From: a virus
Taxonomy: Duplodnaviria; Caudoviricetes
Virus record (IMG/VR): IMGVR_UViG_3300005805_000439
Span: 1 to 25,503 of that record
Direction: 5' to 3' (one strand)
DNA length: 25,503 nucleotides
A model generated the notes under the pieces. That model saw only the letters and a program-made list of their open reading frames with translations, did not search any database and was not told the origin of the DNA. Within the stretch, counting starts at the first letter, position 1, and the number at the start of each line of letters is the position of its first letter. This document shows positions 24,448-25,503 of this stretch, in pieces. The position numbers were made by a program, and so were the translations under genes.

Positions 24448-25428
24448 ATGCTTAAAACAGTTTCTTCCATCACCAACGCCATCGGAGCGTTGAACTATGT
24501 CGGCACATGGAATGCCAGCACCAACACTCCAGCGTTGGCTTCTGGTGTCGGCACCAAGGGCGACTACTACCAAGTCAGCGTGGCTGGGACGACCACTCTG
24601 AATGGAATTTCCAACTGGGGTGTCGGCGACGTTGTCGCATTCAATGGCACGACTTGGCAACGCATCGAAGGTGGTGCAGACCTGAATGGCGTGAACCTTT
24701 CCGCTTCTGGCAGTGTGATTTTCTCAGGCCTGACCGGATACCTGAAAGGCAACGGCGCGTCGCAACTGACGGCGTCTGCCACCGTTCCGAACACGGATGT
24801 GTCCGGCCTTGGAACCATGTCGACGCAGGCGGCCAGCAGTGTCGCCATCACTGGCGGCAACATCAACGGCACCACTATTGGTGGGACGACTCGTGCTGCT
24901 GGCAGCTTCACCACAGTCCTTGCAAATGCTGGAGTGACTGCAGACAACGATAGTGCTCTTGAGGCGCGCAATCCAACAGGTGGGTCTGGCGGCTTGATTC
25001 TCAGGAATCCATCCAATAACACAGGGTCAAAAATCGCAAGATTTTATGGATGGGACGGATCAGAGACCGGATACATTTCCACATACGTCAACAGCACCTT
25101 TTACGCGACTTCTTCTGATTCTCGTTTGAAGGAGAATGTTGGCGTAGCAACTGACACTTCAGTCATCGATAACCTGATCATTCGTGATTTCCGATGGAAA
25201 GCAAGTGGTCAAGTTGATCGTGGCGTGTTCGCGCAAGAGGCCAAAGAGGTAAAACCTTCTGCGGTAATTGAAGGCAGCGATGAACTTACAGAACACGGCA
25301 CTATTGCAGTGCCTTGGGGAGTTGATTATTCAAAATTCATTCCCGACATCATTGTTCATGCACAGCAACTGAAGAAGCGCGTCGAAGAACTTGAGGCTCG
25401 ACTCGCTGCTCTCGAATCTAAACAGTAA
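24448..25428 (+). CDS. Tail fibre-like protein with C-terminal intramolecular chaperone (peptidase S74)
   Basis: Gly/Thr-rich shaft; TSSDSRLKENV, GVFAQE and VDYSK motifs; terminal coiled coil. Confidence 0.85.
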   Translation: MLKTVSSITNAIGALNYVGTWNASTNTPALASGVGTKGDYYQVSVAGTTTLNGISNWGVGDVVAFNGTTWQRIEGGADLNGVNLSASGSVIFSGLTGYLKGNGASQLTASATVPNTDVSGLGTMSTQAASSVAITGGNINGTTIGGTTRAAGSFTTVLANAGVTADNDSALEARNPTGGSGGLILRNPSNNTGSKIARFYGWDGSETGYISTYVNSTFYATSSDSRLKENVGVATDTSVIDNLIIRDFRWKASGQVDRGVFAQEAKEVKPSAVIEGSDELTEHGTIAVPWGVDYSKFIPDIIVHAQQLKKRVEELEARLAALESKQ

Positions 25429-25437
25429 GGAGAAATC

Positions 25438-25503
25438 ATGGCCACCAACAGTCAAATCGCATTCAACCCGCAAGGCGAGACCGTAGTCATTGCGGCTGCA
25501 GTC
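25438..25503 (+). CDS. Hypothetical protein, N-terminal fragment (truncated by the window edge)
   Basis: SD AAGGAG then ATG 25438: MATNSQIAFNPQGETVVIAAAV... Confidence 0.7.
   Translation, partial: MATNSQIAFNPQGETVVIAAAV

Larger units (their letters stand above)
1..25503. mobile_element. Bacteriophage (or prophage) genome segment with a P22-like podovirus head/tail/ejection module plus a replication module
   Basis: Gene order terS-terL-portal-scaffold-coat-gp4-gp10-needle slot-three ejection proteins-tailspike matches P22/Sf6; tight ATGA/TGATG gene coupling; no host housekeeping genes. Confidence 0.96.

Overview
The whole window is one contiguous piece of a GC-rich tailed-phage genome with a P22/Sf6-like podovirus virion module. 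The left part holds leftward early genes (AAA_24/Sak4-like ATPase and two small proteins), overlapping divergent sigma70 promoters, a Cro-like HTH, and a TOPRIM primase-RepA/AAA_25 helicase fusion. Directly behind it lies a ~200-bp putative origin with three perfect DnaA boxes and GGAAC iterons. A DUF6378-like gene, a 41-aa membrane peptide and a ParB-DNA methyltransferase fusion lead into terS/terL, portal, scaffold, coat, small basic proteins, gp4/gp10-like tail connectors, a needle-slot gene, two paralogous 111-aa proteins, a Cys-rich protein, a cupin, three ejection proteins, a tailspike and an S74-chaperone fibre. The most interesting non-coding signals are the DnaA-box/iteron origin, a predicted H-type pseudoknot in front of the scaffold gene, and the interlocked promoter pair. 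No integrase, lysis genes, tRNA or CRISPR array were seen. All family calls come from motif recognition and synteny, not from database searches.
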